Positions 46,531-55,661 of a DNA stretch of 64,000 nucleotides are shown piece by piece. The position numbers and the translations under genes are program-made. The notes under the pieces were generated by a model. That model worked only from the letters and a program-made list of their open reading frames with translations, was not told where the DNA came from and did not search any database. Position 1 is the stretch's first letter, and each line of letters starts with the position of its first letter. The stretch lies in the NCBI GenBank assembly GCA_945901935.1, contig CAMDLX010000001.1, positions 8,632-72,631 of the forward strand, read 5' to 3'. Origin of the DNA: Bifidobacterium breve (GTDB lineage: Bacteria; Actinomycetota; Acidimicrobiia; Acidimicrobiales; Microtrichaceae).

Positions 46531-47889
46531 GTGAATACTTCCCCTACTACATCCCGAGGCACTCGTTCGGTTGCTCGTCGAGCACGAACCAAGCTGTTTG
46601 TTGCTTTGGCCGCTACGGCATCTGTCGCGCTCATTGGAACAACTGCGCTTCCAGCATCTGCAGCCACAAACGCGTTTAGCAAAGACGACAACCCGAGCTT
46701 GGCCGAGCTACAGACCCAGCGCGCAGCCGTGCAGCAGAAGGCCGCTGGCAAGGCCTCCCAGGTCAACGCCTTGAAGGCTTCGGATGCCCAAGTGAGTTCT
46801 GCATTGAGCGCCCTCAACACAAACGTAAATGCACAGCAGGATCGTCTTGAAGAGGCCGAGCGGGCCGTAGCTCAGGCACAAGCCGACCAAGCAGCCGCCG
46901 AGGCCGCTCAGACAGCCAAGCAGTCCGAACTTGATGCCCTGACAGGGCAGATGAAGGAATCGGCTGTTGACGCATATGTCTCCATGGGAAGCGCAAACAA
47001 CATCTCTGTTGGAACTGACGACATCAACGACACCGTCAACAAGCGCACCCTCATGTCCGTTCGAGCCAACGAGGACATTGGCTTGGTAGAAAAGTTCCGC
47101 TCCGTCCAACAGGATCTGGAAATCCAAAGGGGCGCCGCTGCAGCCGCAAACACCCGCGCAACGGCTGGAGCTGAACAAGTTGAAGGTCGGCTGAACGAGT
47201 TGAATAAGGCCTACGCAGAGCAGCAGGCTTTTGCTGCCAAAGTTGAAGAGCGGTTGAACTCTGCGCTCGCAGAAGCCGATTCACTCGCCGCAACTGACGC
47301 TCAGTTGTCTAGTTCGATTACCTCCAAGCAGGCCGAGATTGCCAAGGCCGTGGCTGCTCAGCGCGCTGCGGACGCCGCACGAGCCGCTCAACGTGCAGCC
47401 CAGAGCAAACCAGCAGTCTCGGCCAGTGGCAGCGGTGGCGGAAGTAGCAGTGGCAGTGGCGGTGGCGGTGGCGGCGGCGCACCTCCGGACATCACCGGCA
47501 GCGGTGAGATCGTCAACGTTGGCGGCATCCGGATCCACCAGTCAATGGCTGGAAACTTGCAGAGCTTGCTAGCTGCAGCCTCTGCCGCGGGCATCAACTT
47601 CGGCGGCGGCGGCTACCGAGACCCTGCCGGTCAGATTGCAGTTCGCAGAAACAACTGCGGGTCAAGCAGCTACGCAGTTTACGAGATGCCTGCTTCGTCT
47701 TGCAGTCCTCCTACGGCTCGTCCTGGCACCTCAATGCACGAGCGAGGACTTGCCGTTGACTTCACTCAAGGTGGAAGCACCCTGAGTCGTGGTAGCTCAG
47801 GGTTTGCTTGGATGCGTGCTAATGCGTCAAGTTACGGGTTCTTCAACCTGCCATCAGAGCCTTGGCATTGGAGCTCAAACGGCAACTAG
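46531..47889 (+). CDS. Secreted coiled-coil protein with M15B (VanY-like) peptidase domain
   Basis: Signal peptide, long coiled coil, Gly/Ser linker, ARPGTSMHERGLAVDF...EPWHW. Confidence 0.88.
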   Translation: MNTSPTTSRGTRSVARRARTKLFVALAATASVALIGTTALPASAATNAFSKDDNPSLAELQTQRAAVQQKAAGKASQVNALKASDAQVSSALSALNTNVNAQQDRLEEAERAVAQAQADQAAAEAAQTAKQSELDALTGQMKESAVDAYVSMGSANNISVGTDDINDTVNKRTLMSVRANEDIGLVEKFRSVQQDLEIQRGAAAAANTRATAGAEQVEGRLNELNKAYAEQQAFAAKVEERLNSALAEADSLAATDAQLSSSITSKQAEIAKAVAAQRAADAARAAQRAAQSKPAVSASGSGGGSSSGSGGGGGGGAPPDITGSGEIVNVGGIRIHQSMAGNLQSLLAAASAAGINFGGGGYRDPAGQIAVRRNNCGSSSYAVYEMPASSCSPPTARPGTSMHERGLAVDFTQGGSTLSRGSSGFAWMRANASSYGFFNLPSEPWHWSSNGN

Positions 47890-48056
47890 TTCGGTGAATT
47901 CTGCCTGCATAGCGGGTAGAGCAATAGTGCCTAGCAACGGTCAAACTACTTGCTTAGGCAGCTAGTTCGCGAGTATTAATGGTGTACTCACATTGAGCCA
48001 TCGGTGGGGAATGGTTGAGTTCTGATGGCTCTCGGTTAGTTAGTTGGTTTCCGGAA

Positions 48057-48107
48057 GTTGTGTTGTTGAACAAGTTGTTGAGTTGAACGCGTTGTTGAGT
48101 TGAACAC
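48057..48107. repeat. Three 17-bp tandem units GTTGTTGAGTTGAACrc
   Basis: gttgtgttgttgaacaa / gttgttgagttgaacgc / gttgttgagttgaacac. Confidence 0.8.
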
Positions 48108-48166
48108 AGGGGCCTCGTCAAGAACGAGTGACCTGTGAGGGTTTCCGCCGTCTCAAGGGAGTTGTT

Positions 48167-49966
48167 ATGAGAGTCAATCGAGTTTCGTTCACCAAACGGG
48201 GAAGAACGGCCCGAACAGCAGGGGGTGCCATTCTGGCAACCTCGCTGCTCGCATTTGGTTTAGTAACCGCCGCCACGAGCAGTAGCGGTGCGGCGCCTGT
48301 CTCGACTCAGATTGAAGCGGTCTGCTCGGGTTCAGATCCTGCATCTATCGCAAAGTTGAACGACTTCTCGGGGATTCTCGGCGGGAATACCATTCCTGTA
48401 ACCCTGAAAGCTACAGCTACTGACATCCCAGCATCAGCCGGCATCGGCGAAAAGATTAACGCCCAGTTTGACTGGTCAGGAACGCTCTCGCAGAAGCTCA
48501 TTGATACGGCTGCCGGTCTTAAGGCTTCGATCGACGCAGAGAACATCAGCGCTAAAATGACTGTCAAAGGCCCAAGCAACATTGACTCCTTTAGCGCAAC
48601 CGCACCGAACTTGACGGTTGTCCCTGCCGTTGGAGTGCCTTCCGTCCTCAGCCTCGGGAAAATCGGCGGAGAGATCACAACAACCGGGGGCGGGATCATC
48701 ACATACCGCGTTGGTTCGGTGAGCTTCACCACCAAGTTGGAACCTGCGCCAAAGGTCTTCGTGGAACTCAACATTACGTGCGCACCAACTGGGTCAAACC
48801 TGATCGCAAAGACCTCGGTCAAAGACCCCGATGCACCCACGTTCACCCCAGAAATCATTCCGCTTGCCACCACCGCTGGCGGAGTTGCAACAGTCAATCT
48901 GCTGGAAGGCACACCGCCCATCATCACCCCCGGAAAAACCCCGTTGGTACGAGAGTCACTCAAGATCGTTGAGGCTCCGTCTGCGGGAGAAGCAACCATT
49001 ACTAGCGACGGCGTGTTCTCGTTTACTGCTCCGGCAGCAGACGGCACTTACTCAACAACCGTAGAGATCTGTGGAGTACCCAAAGAAGATGCTGGTGCTC
49101 CAGGGGTCAGCGAAATCCAGAACCTCGTCCTAGGAGACAACTGGGCCCCAATCGGTAGCTACGGTTTGGACCGGCGCCCTATTGCGTTCAGTTTGAAGTT
49201 CGGCGGCAAAGAGACTCCCCTGATTTGGGCATCCGATGACCTTGGTGCGCCAGCCCCCACTCCAGAAAACTGGGCTCCGACGACTGGCCCAGGTCAAGTT
49301 GGTCGCTACTCCGACCTGTTCTTTGGAAGAAGCGTGTACCGAGGTATCACCGCTGCACAGGTTCAGTCTGCGCTCGAAGGCCTTCCTAATATAGGTGCCG
49401 GAAACGTCGAGGTAGTAGCCGAGACGAACAATGACGCCGCGCCAAATTTAGTGACGAACTTCAAGATCAACTACAAGGGTGCGTTGGCAGCACAAGATGT
49501 TCCTGCTCTGACCCTTGGGCAGTGGTACTCAGTTCTTCCACAAGAGGCTCTGACCCGAATCAACGAGAGTGTGCAAGAACTGATTCCTGAACCTGCAACC
49601 ACCGTTCCAGGAGCACCAGAACCTGTTGATCCTCTCGGTGGACGGACTGGGCAAGCCCTCAATGACTTCATTATTCAACGGATCCTCACTGGTACCTTTA
49701 CGCCAGAGATCTCAGCGGCGTTCGTGAAGGTCGTCCTCATTGACCCACTCACTGCTGCAGCTCCTGCTCTGATTGCTGCAATCAACGGACTGTTCCCCAA
49801 GGTCATCGATCCAGTCGCAGTTCCCGTAGTTGCTGGCGAGGCACCTACCAAGGCAGAGCCACTGTGCTCGCAGGGCATCATCGAGGTGACCGTTACTGCT
49901 GGGGTTCTTGGTATAAGCCAAGTGGCCGGGACTAGCGACACGCAAGGACTTGGATTCGTCGGCTAA
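48167..49966 (+). CDS. Secreted multi-domain beta-rich surface protein
   Basis: AAGGGAG RBS, signal peptide, Ig-like segments, EIQ...FSLKFGG...AAQVQSALEGL..IGAGNVEV module. Confidence 0.7.
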   Translation: MRVNRVSFTKRGRTARTAGGAILATSLLAFGLVTAATSSSGAAPVSTQIEAVCSGSDPASIAKLNDFSGILGGNTIPVTLKATATDIPASAGIGEKINAQFDWSGTLSQKLIDTAAGLKASIDAENISAKMTVKGPSNIDSFSATAPNLTVVPAVGVPSVLSLGKIGGEITTTGGGIITYRVGSVSFTTKLEPAPKVFVELNITCAPTGSNLIAKTSVKDPDAPTFTPEIIPLATTAGGVATVNLLEGTPPIITPGKTPLVRESLKIVEAPSAGEATITSDGVFSFTAPAADGTYSTTVEICGVPKEDAGAPGVSEIQNLVLGDNWAPIGSYGLDRRPIAFSLKFGGKETPLIWASDDLGAPAPTPENWAPTTGPGQVGRYSDLFFGRSVYRGITAAQVQSALEGLPNIGAGNVEVVAETNNDAAPNLVTNFKINYKGALAAQDVPALTLGQWYSVLPQEALTRINESVQELIPEPATTVPGAPEPVDPLGGRTGQALNDFIIQRILTGTFTPEISAAFVKVVLIDPLTAAAPALIAAINGLFPKVIDPVAVPVVAGEAPTKAEPLCSQGIIEVTVTAGVLGISQVAGTSDTQGLGFVG

Positions 49967-50010
49967 CGCCCGAGGGCATCTACGCCCTGAATAATCCATA
50001 TAAAGCCAAA

Positions 50011-50052
50011 GCTTGGGGTGTGACCGTAGGTCGCACCCCAAGCTGCTTTTCT
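50011..50052 (+). terminator. Intrinsic terminator
   Basis: gcttggggtgtgacc-gta-ggtcgcaccccaagc 15-bp stem (one G-U) followed by tgcttttt. Confidence 0.75.
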
Positions 50053-50106
50053 GTGCAGGATCGCCAGGTTGTTTTCAGTGTCAGACCCCCTCGGCATGAT
50101 GTACTC

Positions 50107-50622
50107 ATGATGAAACGCATGTTCGATTCCACCACTCGCAGAGCAAGCACTCACAGGGCTAGTTCAATCAGCGCTGGACCAGACCTACTCCGACATCGGG
50201 CAGCCGTGGTTCGCTGGGCCCTAGCTCATGGCCACCCAGTGAACCGCGACTCACTAGCAGCCATCATCAACTCAGCATCGCTACCCACTCCAGGTCAGGT
50301 TGGCCTGCACTGGACTGCTCAGAGCGTGAACACACTCCTTATTCAGGGTTGCAGCAACTGGTGCACTGCTCACGGGGTTCGCTACCCCGACAATCTCAGT
50401 CACACTCTCACTACTTACTTGCGCTACCTCGGGGCATACCGCTTACTCGACGCAGATTCCGACCCCATGATTGCTCTCAAGCGTTCGGTGGCCGAGTTCG
50501 ACAAAGACCATCGCGAGCAACTGAATCAACGACTCGCAAAAGAGTCGACACGAGGAAGTGCAAAATCTCGTCACCCCACTGCCCAGTTGCAGTTCCTAGC
50601 TCCTGTGCTTCCGCTGCATTAG
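50107..50622 (+). CDS. Hypothetical protein
   Basis: ORF fills the gap; helical; start approximate. Confidence 0.55.
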   Translation: MMKRMFDSTTRRASTHRASSISAGPDLLRHRAAVVRWALAHGHPVNRDSLAAIINSASLPTPGQVGLHWTAQSVNTLLIQGCSNWCTAHGVRYPDNLSHTLTTYLRYLGAYRLLDADSDPMIALKRSVAEFDKDHREQLNQRLAKESTRGSAKSRHPTAQLQFLAPVLPLH

Positions 50623-50662
50623 GGGAACCGACCGAGACACTGCTGCTGCCAGCTTGCGCTGA

Positions 50663-51667
50663 TTAGATGCCAAAGAAGGCGAGAAGTTCGTCTAGGCCCT
50701 TGTAGGTGCCCTTATTCGGCCAGTTGTGGCCAACTCCCGGAACTCTAACAAGCTCTACTCGAGTACCCGCCGCGCATGGCTGCCAGACTGAGCGCTCCAC
50801 TCCAGAGGTTTCTGCGGTAACAGCAGGCTGTGCTGGGCACCCATCCGCCGCAGCCCAAGCGGCCACCGAAATCGGCACACTTGGAAAGGTTGCCGAGCTC
50901 AGGATCTGCGCCACCGTTGGCTTGCCATCAAAGGGCACCACGGGGTCTGGGTCTGCATGTTGATGGAAGAGTGAAATCGGCTGTTGGGGTTTGCAGCCGG
51001 TCAGGTTGCTACCCGCGATCGGAGCGACTGCTTGGTATACCCCAGGCCGAGAACACGCCGTGTAATACGCCATGATTCCCCCGTTAGAGAACCCTGTCAG
51101 GTAGATCCGCTGAGCATCAGCATTCGGCCCAGCGCTGACCTGAGCGACAACCTGATCAAGAAACCCCAGATCATCAATCCCCAGCAGGCTGGCCGGTGGG
51201 CAACACGGCCCAACATTCCAAGAGTTTGCAACCCCTTGGGGAAAAACCGCCAGAAAGCGATCCTGGGCAACCGCTTGGCGCCAACCCGCAGCGCTCAGCA
51301 TCGCCCGGCGATCAACACCGAGTCCGTGAAGGGCCACCACTATTGGCAACTTTTCTGTGGGCTGAAGGTCTTTGGGGGCAACAGTCAGATACTCACGCTG
51401 AATCAACCCCATCTGGATCACGTGATCAACCACGTCGACTGCCGCAGGCTGGTCAGTGCCCCCAGGTGGCGGCTGCTGTTTTGATGGCTGCTGTGTTGTG
51501 GGCGGGAGCGTGGACTTGGGTGCGACTGCCACACTGCTTTGTGAACTGCTGAGTTGCGGCGCCGCCTGTTGACGAACCGCAAGAGTTACCAACACAACAA
51601 GCATCACGGCGGCTACGGCGATAACGCCTAGAAGAATTTTGGTAACTGATCTGCGGCTCTCGGCCAC
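50663..51667 (-). CDS. LpqC/PHB-depolymerase family esterase
   Basis: VVALHG, VFPQG...SWNVG.CC, DDLGF, GFSNGG, GHNWP; N-terminal TM. Confidence 0.88.
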   Translation of the reverse strand: MAESRRSVTKILLGVIAVAAVMLVVLVTLAVRQQAAPQLSSSQSSVAVAPKSTLPPTTQQPSKQQPPPGGTDQPAAVDVVDHVIQMGLIQREYLTVAPKDLQPTEKLPIVVALHGLGVDRRAMLSAAGWRQAVAQDRFLAVFPQGVANSWNVGPCCPPASLLGIDDLGFLDQVVAQVSAGPNADAQRIYLTGFSNGGIMAYYTACSRPGVYQAVAPIAGSNLTGCKPQQPISLFHQHADPDPVVPFDGKPTVAQILSSATFPSVPISVAAWAAADGCPAQPAVTAETSGVERSVWQPCAAGTRVELVRVPGVGHNWPNKGTYKGLDELLAFFGI

Positions 51668-51753
51668 ATGTCCTCCGTCGCAAGAGCCACTCGGTGGCCC
51701 ACTTGTGTCCGAACAAAGTCTAGGCGGGTGACAGATTGCTCCCGGTTCGCTTT

Positions 51754-51770
51754 TCTGACGGGTCGTCAGT
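51754..51770. promoter_or_regulatory. Operator TCTGACG-GGT-CGTCAGT
   Basis: 16/17 identical to the 8323 site; about 18 bp upstream of GTG 51789. Confidence 0.7.
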
Positions 51771-51788
51771 CACGGTAGCTTGGGCCAT

Positions 51789-53018
51789 GTGAGCGAACTA
51801 CTTACTTCCGAAATAGCTACCGGCACGAACCAGCCCACCGAGGCAGAATTTCGTGCCGAGATTCGTCAGTGGATGCAGGATCACCTGTGCGGAGAATTTG
51901 AGTTGCTGCGCCATCGCGGAGGTCCTGGTGATGAGCACGCCTTTGTTCAAGAGCGCATGGCTTGGGAGCGCGAGCTAGCAACTGGTGGCTGGACCGGCAT
52001 TGGTTGGCCGAGTGACCACGGCGGCCGGGGCTTACCCATCAACTTAGAAGTTGCGTTTCACGAGGAGTACTCGGCAGCTGGAGGCCCAGGGCGAGCCGGG
52101 CTCATTGGTGAGGGACTCCTAGGTCCCACCCTGATCCACTTTGGAACTCCCGAGCAGCAGCAGCGCTTTTTGCCGGGAATTATCGCTGGCACTGAGTTTT
52201 GGTGCCAAGGCTATTCCGAACCCAACGCTGGCTCTGACCTAGCAAATGTCAAAACTCGAGCATGGCGCGATGGCGATGACTGGGTGATCGAGGGTCAGAA
52301 GGTCTGGACCTCATTGGCACAGTGGTCAGACTGGTGCTTTGTGGTGTGTCGCACCGAGGAAGGTTCGCAGCGTCATAAGGGACTGTCCTACCTCCTGGTT
52401 CCGATGAAGCAGCCCGGAATTGAGATTCGCCCGATTCGCCAAATCACCGGAACGGCTGAGTTCAACGAAGTGTTCTTTGACGGAGCGCGCACCTCGGCCG
52501 ACCTGTGTGTGGGTGCGCCTGGTGAGGGCTGGAAGGTTGCCATGGGAACCCTCGCATTCGAGCGAGGCGTGCTCACTCTTGGCCAACAAATGGCCTTCAA
52601 CCGTGAACTCACTGAAATCACCGAGACTGCTCGAGAGCTCGGAATGACGACTGACCCAGTCATCCGGCAGCGCCTTGCCGCAATGTGGTCTCGCCTAAAG
52701 ATCATGCGCTGGAACGCATTGCGAGCGTTGCGGGTAGATGACGACGTTGAACTTCCACGTGAGGCAATGATCAATAAGTTGTACTGGGCCGACCTGCACC
52801 GAGACATGGGAGAACTCGCAATGGACGTGCTTGGCGCAGGTGCTTTGCTGACTCGCTACTCCGAGGCACATGAGGGCGATGCTGGCGACCTAGAGATGGG
52901 CCCTGAGCACAAGTTGTTCTTCTTCAGCCGCTCAGACACTATCTACGGCGGTTCCGATGAAATCCAGCGCAACGTCATCGGCGAGCGGGCACTCGGCCTA
53001 CCTCGCGAGCCCCGCTAG
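51789..53018 (+). CDS. Acyl-CoA dehydrogenase, FadE30/IpdE1-like
   Basis: GGPGDEH, WCQGYSEPNAGSDLA, GQKVWTS, RSDTIYGGSDEIQRNVIGER. Confidence 0.9.
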   Translation: MSELLTSEIATGTNQPTEAEFRAEIRQWMQDHLCGEFELLRHRGGPGDEHAFVQERMAWERELATGGWTGIGWPSDHGGRGLPINLEVAFHEEYSAAGGPGRAGLIGEGLLGPTLIHFGTPEQQQRFLPGIIAGTEFWCQGYSEPNAGSDLANVKTRAWRDGDDWVIEGQKVWTSLAQWSDWCFVVCRTEEGSQRHKGLSYLLVPMKQPGIEIRPIRQITGTAEFNEVFFDGARTSADLCVGAPGEGWKVAMGTLAFERGVLTLGQQMAFNRELTEITETARELGMTTDPVIRQRLAAMWSRLKIMRWNALRALRVDDDVELPREAMINKLYWADLHRDMGELAMDVLGAGALLTRYSEAHEGDAGDLEMGPEHKLFFFSRSDTIYGGSDEIQRNVIGERALGLPREPR

Positions 53019-53042
53019 CCAACTCAGACCCGGAGAATTCAC

Positions 53043-53831
53043 ATGACTAAACCAGCACCTACTCCCGCCGAACCAGCAGGCCACGCCCTGCTGCACAACC
53101 GAACGGTGGTCATCACGGCCGCTGCAGGCAGCGGGATCGGCGGATCGTTAGCACGACGATGCATGCTTGAAGGTGCAAAAATTGTCATCTCAGATGCCCA
53201 TGAGCGCAGGCTGAACGAAACTGCGGATGCTCTTGCCGCGGAGTTCGGAACTCGACCCGCCACCTTCCGCTGCGATGTGACAAATGAAGATGATGTGCAG
53301 GCCCTCGTTGCAGGAGCACTGGCCGATCTGGGTCATATCGATGCTTGGATGAATAACGCCGGCCTTGGCGGCAACGGCCTGATTACTGAGATCACTGATG
53401 AACAGTGGTCCAAGGTGATTGACGTGACCCTGACGGGAACCTTCCGCTGCCTGCGCGCCGTGCTACCGCATCTGTATGAGCAAGGCCATGGCGCAATCGT
53501 CAACAATGCTTCGGTGTTGGGTTGGCGTGCCCAAGAAAAGCAGGCTCACTATGCGGCGGCAAAAGCAGGAGTCATGGCACTCACTCGCTCTGCTGCTATC
53601 GAGGCCGCCGAATTCAACGTGCGCATCAATGCCGTAGCGCCAAGTCTGGCGATGCACGCCAACCTAGCCAAAGTGACACCGCCAGGACTCTTGGAAGAAC
53701 TAGTAGCGAAAGAGGCTTTCGGCCGAGCGGCTGAGCCTTGGGAGATTGCCAACGTCATGGTATTTCTTGCTAGCGATTTGTCGACCTACCTCACTGGTGA
53801 AGTCATCTCTGTATCGAGCCAACACGCATGA
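53043..53831 (+). CDS. SDR oxidoreductase, IpdF (Rv3559c)-like
   Basis: VITAAAGSGIG, NNAGLGG, NNASVLGWRAQ, YAAAK; follows the FadE30-like gene as in mycobacteria. Confidence 0.88.
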   Translation: MTKPAPTPAEPAGHALLHNRTVVITAAAGSGIGGSLARRCMLEGAKIVISDAHERRLNETADALAAEFGTRPATFRCDVTNEDDVQALVAGALADLGHIDAWMNNAGLGGNGLITEITDEQWSKVIDVTLTGTFRCLRAVLPHLYEQGHGAIVNNASVLGWRAQEKQAHYAAAKAGVMALTRSAAIEAAEFNVRINAVAPSLAMHANLAKVTPPGLLEELVAKEAFGRAAEPWEIANVMVFLASDLSTYLTGEVISVSSQHA

Positions 53832-54316
53832 GCGATCCAGAAGCTTCGACGGTTGTGGCATCGCCCGCGGATCTCCTAGGCCTTGCAGGTGCAGATCTTG
53901 GAGTAACACCTTGGGCGGCAGTCACTCAGGATCAGGTCAATCTTTTTGCTGATGCCACAGGCGATCACCAATGGATTCACGTTGACGTTGCCCGAGCAAC
54001 AGCCGAATCACCCTTTGGCGGCCCAATTGCCCACGGGTACCTGACCTTGGCCTTAGTGAACTTGTTCTTGCCGCAGCTTCTGCAGGTCAACGGAACATCT
54101 ATGGGTGTCAATGTGGGGCTGGACAAAGTGCGCTTCCCAGCGCCGGTTCTCACTGGGTCGCTGCTGCGAGGCCGAGGCCAAATCATTTCCGTCGAAGAGG
54201 CTAAAGGCGGGGTGCAGGCAACCGTTCGGGTAACGATCGAGATTCAAGGACCACAGGGCGAGCCGAGCCCAAAGCCCGCTTGTGTGGCCGATACGGTGAG
54301 CCGTTTCTTCCCCTAA
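53828..54316 (+). CDS. MaoC family dehydratase
   Basis: FADATGDHQWIHVD, PFGGPIAHGYLTL, KVRFPAPV. Confidence 0.93.
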   Translation: MSDPEASTVVASPADLLGLAGADLGVTPWAAVTQDQVNLFADATGDHQWIHVDVARATAESPFGGPIAHGYLTLALVNLFLPQLLQVNGTSMGVNVGLDKVRFPAPVLTGSLLRGRGQIISVEEAKGGVQATVRVTIEIQGPQGEPSPKPACVADTVSRFFP

Positions 54317-54442
54317 CTCGACTGCAGTCGGGTCCGTGCCTGTTCCCTCAGTTGGCCCACCTTGTTACTGCTCGGTAACCTGACGGACTCGCAGACAACT
54401 CAGTCCAGCGAAATTTCCGATTCAACACTTAGGGAGCCCCAC

Positions 54443-55648
54443 ATGACCGAGGCCGTGATCGTCTCTACTGCCCGCACACCTATCGGCAGAGCCGGTAAAG
54501 GTTCCCTGAAGGACATGCGTCCCGATGACCTGTCTGCCGGAATCATCGAGGCCGTACTGGCCAAGATTCCTGCGCTTGATCGCACCGAGATTGAAGATGT
54601 TCTGTGGGGTTGTGGTCAGCCGGCAGTGGAGTCAGGCCACAACATCGGTCGCGTCTCTGCAGTATTGGCGGGACTCAGCAATGTCCCCGGAGTGACCGTT
54701 AACCGCTACTGCTCCTCCTCGCTCATGACCATCCGCATGGCAGCACATGCCATCAAGTCTGGCGATGGCGACGTGTTTATTGCAGGTGGCGTCGAGACCA
54801 TCAGCCGTCATCAGTTGCATATGCAGCTCGCCGACGGACCAAAGAATCCTGTTTTTGCCGAGGCCGAGGCACGCAGTGCCAAGCGCGCAGAGGGCGGAGC
54901 ACCCGTGTGGACCGAGCAGCCGGGCTTGCCAGACGTCTACTTGGCCATGGGCCAGACTGCAGAAAACGTTGCCCAGCTTGAGAATGTCTCACGCGCCGAC
55001 CAAGACGAGTTTGCATGCCGAAGCCAGAACCTGGCCGAGCAGAGCCAAGTCAGTGGATTCTGGGAAGCAGAAATCACCCCTGTGGCTACCCCCGACGGAG
55101 TAGCAAGCTCGGACGACGGCATTCGCGCCGGAACCGTGCTTGAGAAGCTTGCAAGCCTGTCCCCCGTGTTCCGCCCCGATGGCACCGTGACGGCGGGTAA
55201 CGCTTGCCCGTTGAACGATGGCGCAGCAGCCGTTGTAGTCATGAGCGACACGAAAGCAAAGGCACTCGGCCTGACCCCGCTCGCCCGCATCCTCTCTTCT
55301 TCAGCAACTGGTCTCAACCCAGAGATCATGGGCATGGGTCCAGAAGCTGCAATCCTGAAGGCACTCGCCCGAGCCGGCATGACAGTGAATGACATTGATC
55401 TGTTTGAGATCAATGAGGCCTTTGCTGCGCAGGTGCTGCCATCTGCTCGCAACCTGGGAATCCCGATGGAGAAGCTCAACACTCGCGGCGGTTCCATTGC
55501 GCTGGGCCACCCCTTCGGCATGACTGGTGCTCGCATCATGACCACGCTGATCCACAACCTGCAGGAGTCAGATAAGACCTTCGGCGTTGAGTCAATGTGC
55601 GTGGGTGGCGGCCAAGGTATGGCCATGGTGATTGAGCGCCTGAGCTGA
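54443..55648 (+). CDS. Acetyl-CoA C-acyltransferase (thiolase)
   Basis: NRYCSSS, EINEAFAAQ, IALGHPFG, MCVGGGQG; start ATG 54443. Confidence 0.95.
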   Translation: MTEAVIVSTARTPIGRAGKGSLKDMRPDDLSAGIIEAVLAKIPALDRTEIEDVLWGCGQPAVESGHNIGRVSAVLAGLSNVPGVTVNRYCSSSLMTIRMAAHAIKSGDGDVFIAGGVETISRHQLHMQLADGPKNPVFAEAEARSAKRAEGGAPVWTEQPGLPDVYLAMGQTAENVAQLENVSRADQDEFACRSQNLAEQSQVSGFWEAEITPVATPDGVASSDDGIRAGTVLEKLASLSPVFRPDGTVTAGNACPLNDGAAAVVVMSDTKAKALGLTPLARILSSSATGLNPEIMGMGPEAAILKALARAGMTVNDIDLFEINEAFAAQVLPSARNLGIPMEKLNTRGGSIALGHPFGMTGARIMTTLIHNLQESDKTFGVESMCVGGGQGMAMVIERLS

Positions 55649-55661
55649 ATCGACAACACGC

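Noticed and set aside
54379-54395. CCTGACG-GAC-TCGCAGA upstream of the thiolase as a fifth operator
   Set aside because: Only 10/14 arm positions match; plausible but too weak to call.
54937-55659. 240-aa minus-strand ORF (similarly 48307-49047, 37307-37912, 43582-44286)
   Set aside because: Antisense shadows of well-supported genes, expected in GC-rich DNA.
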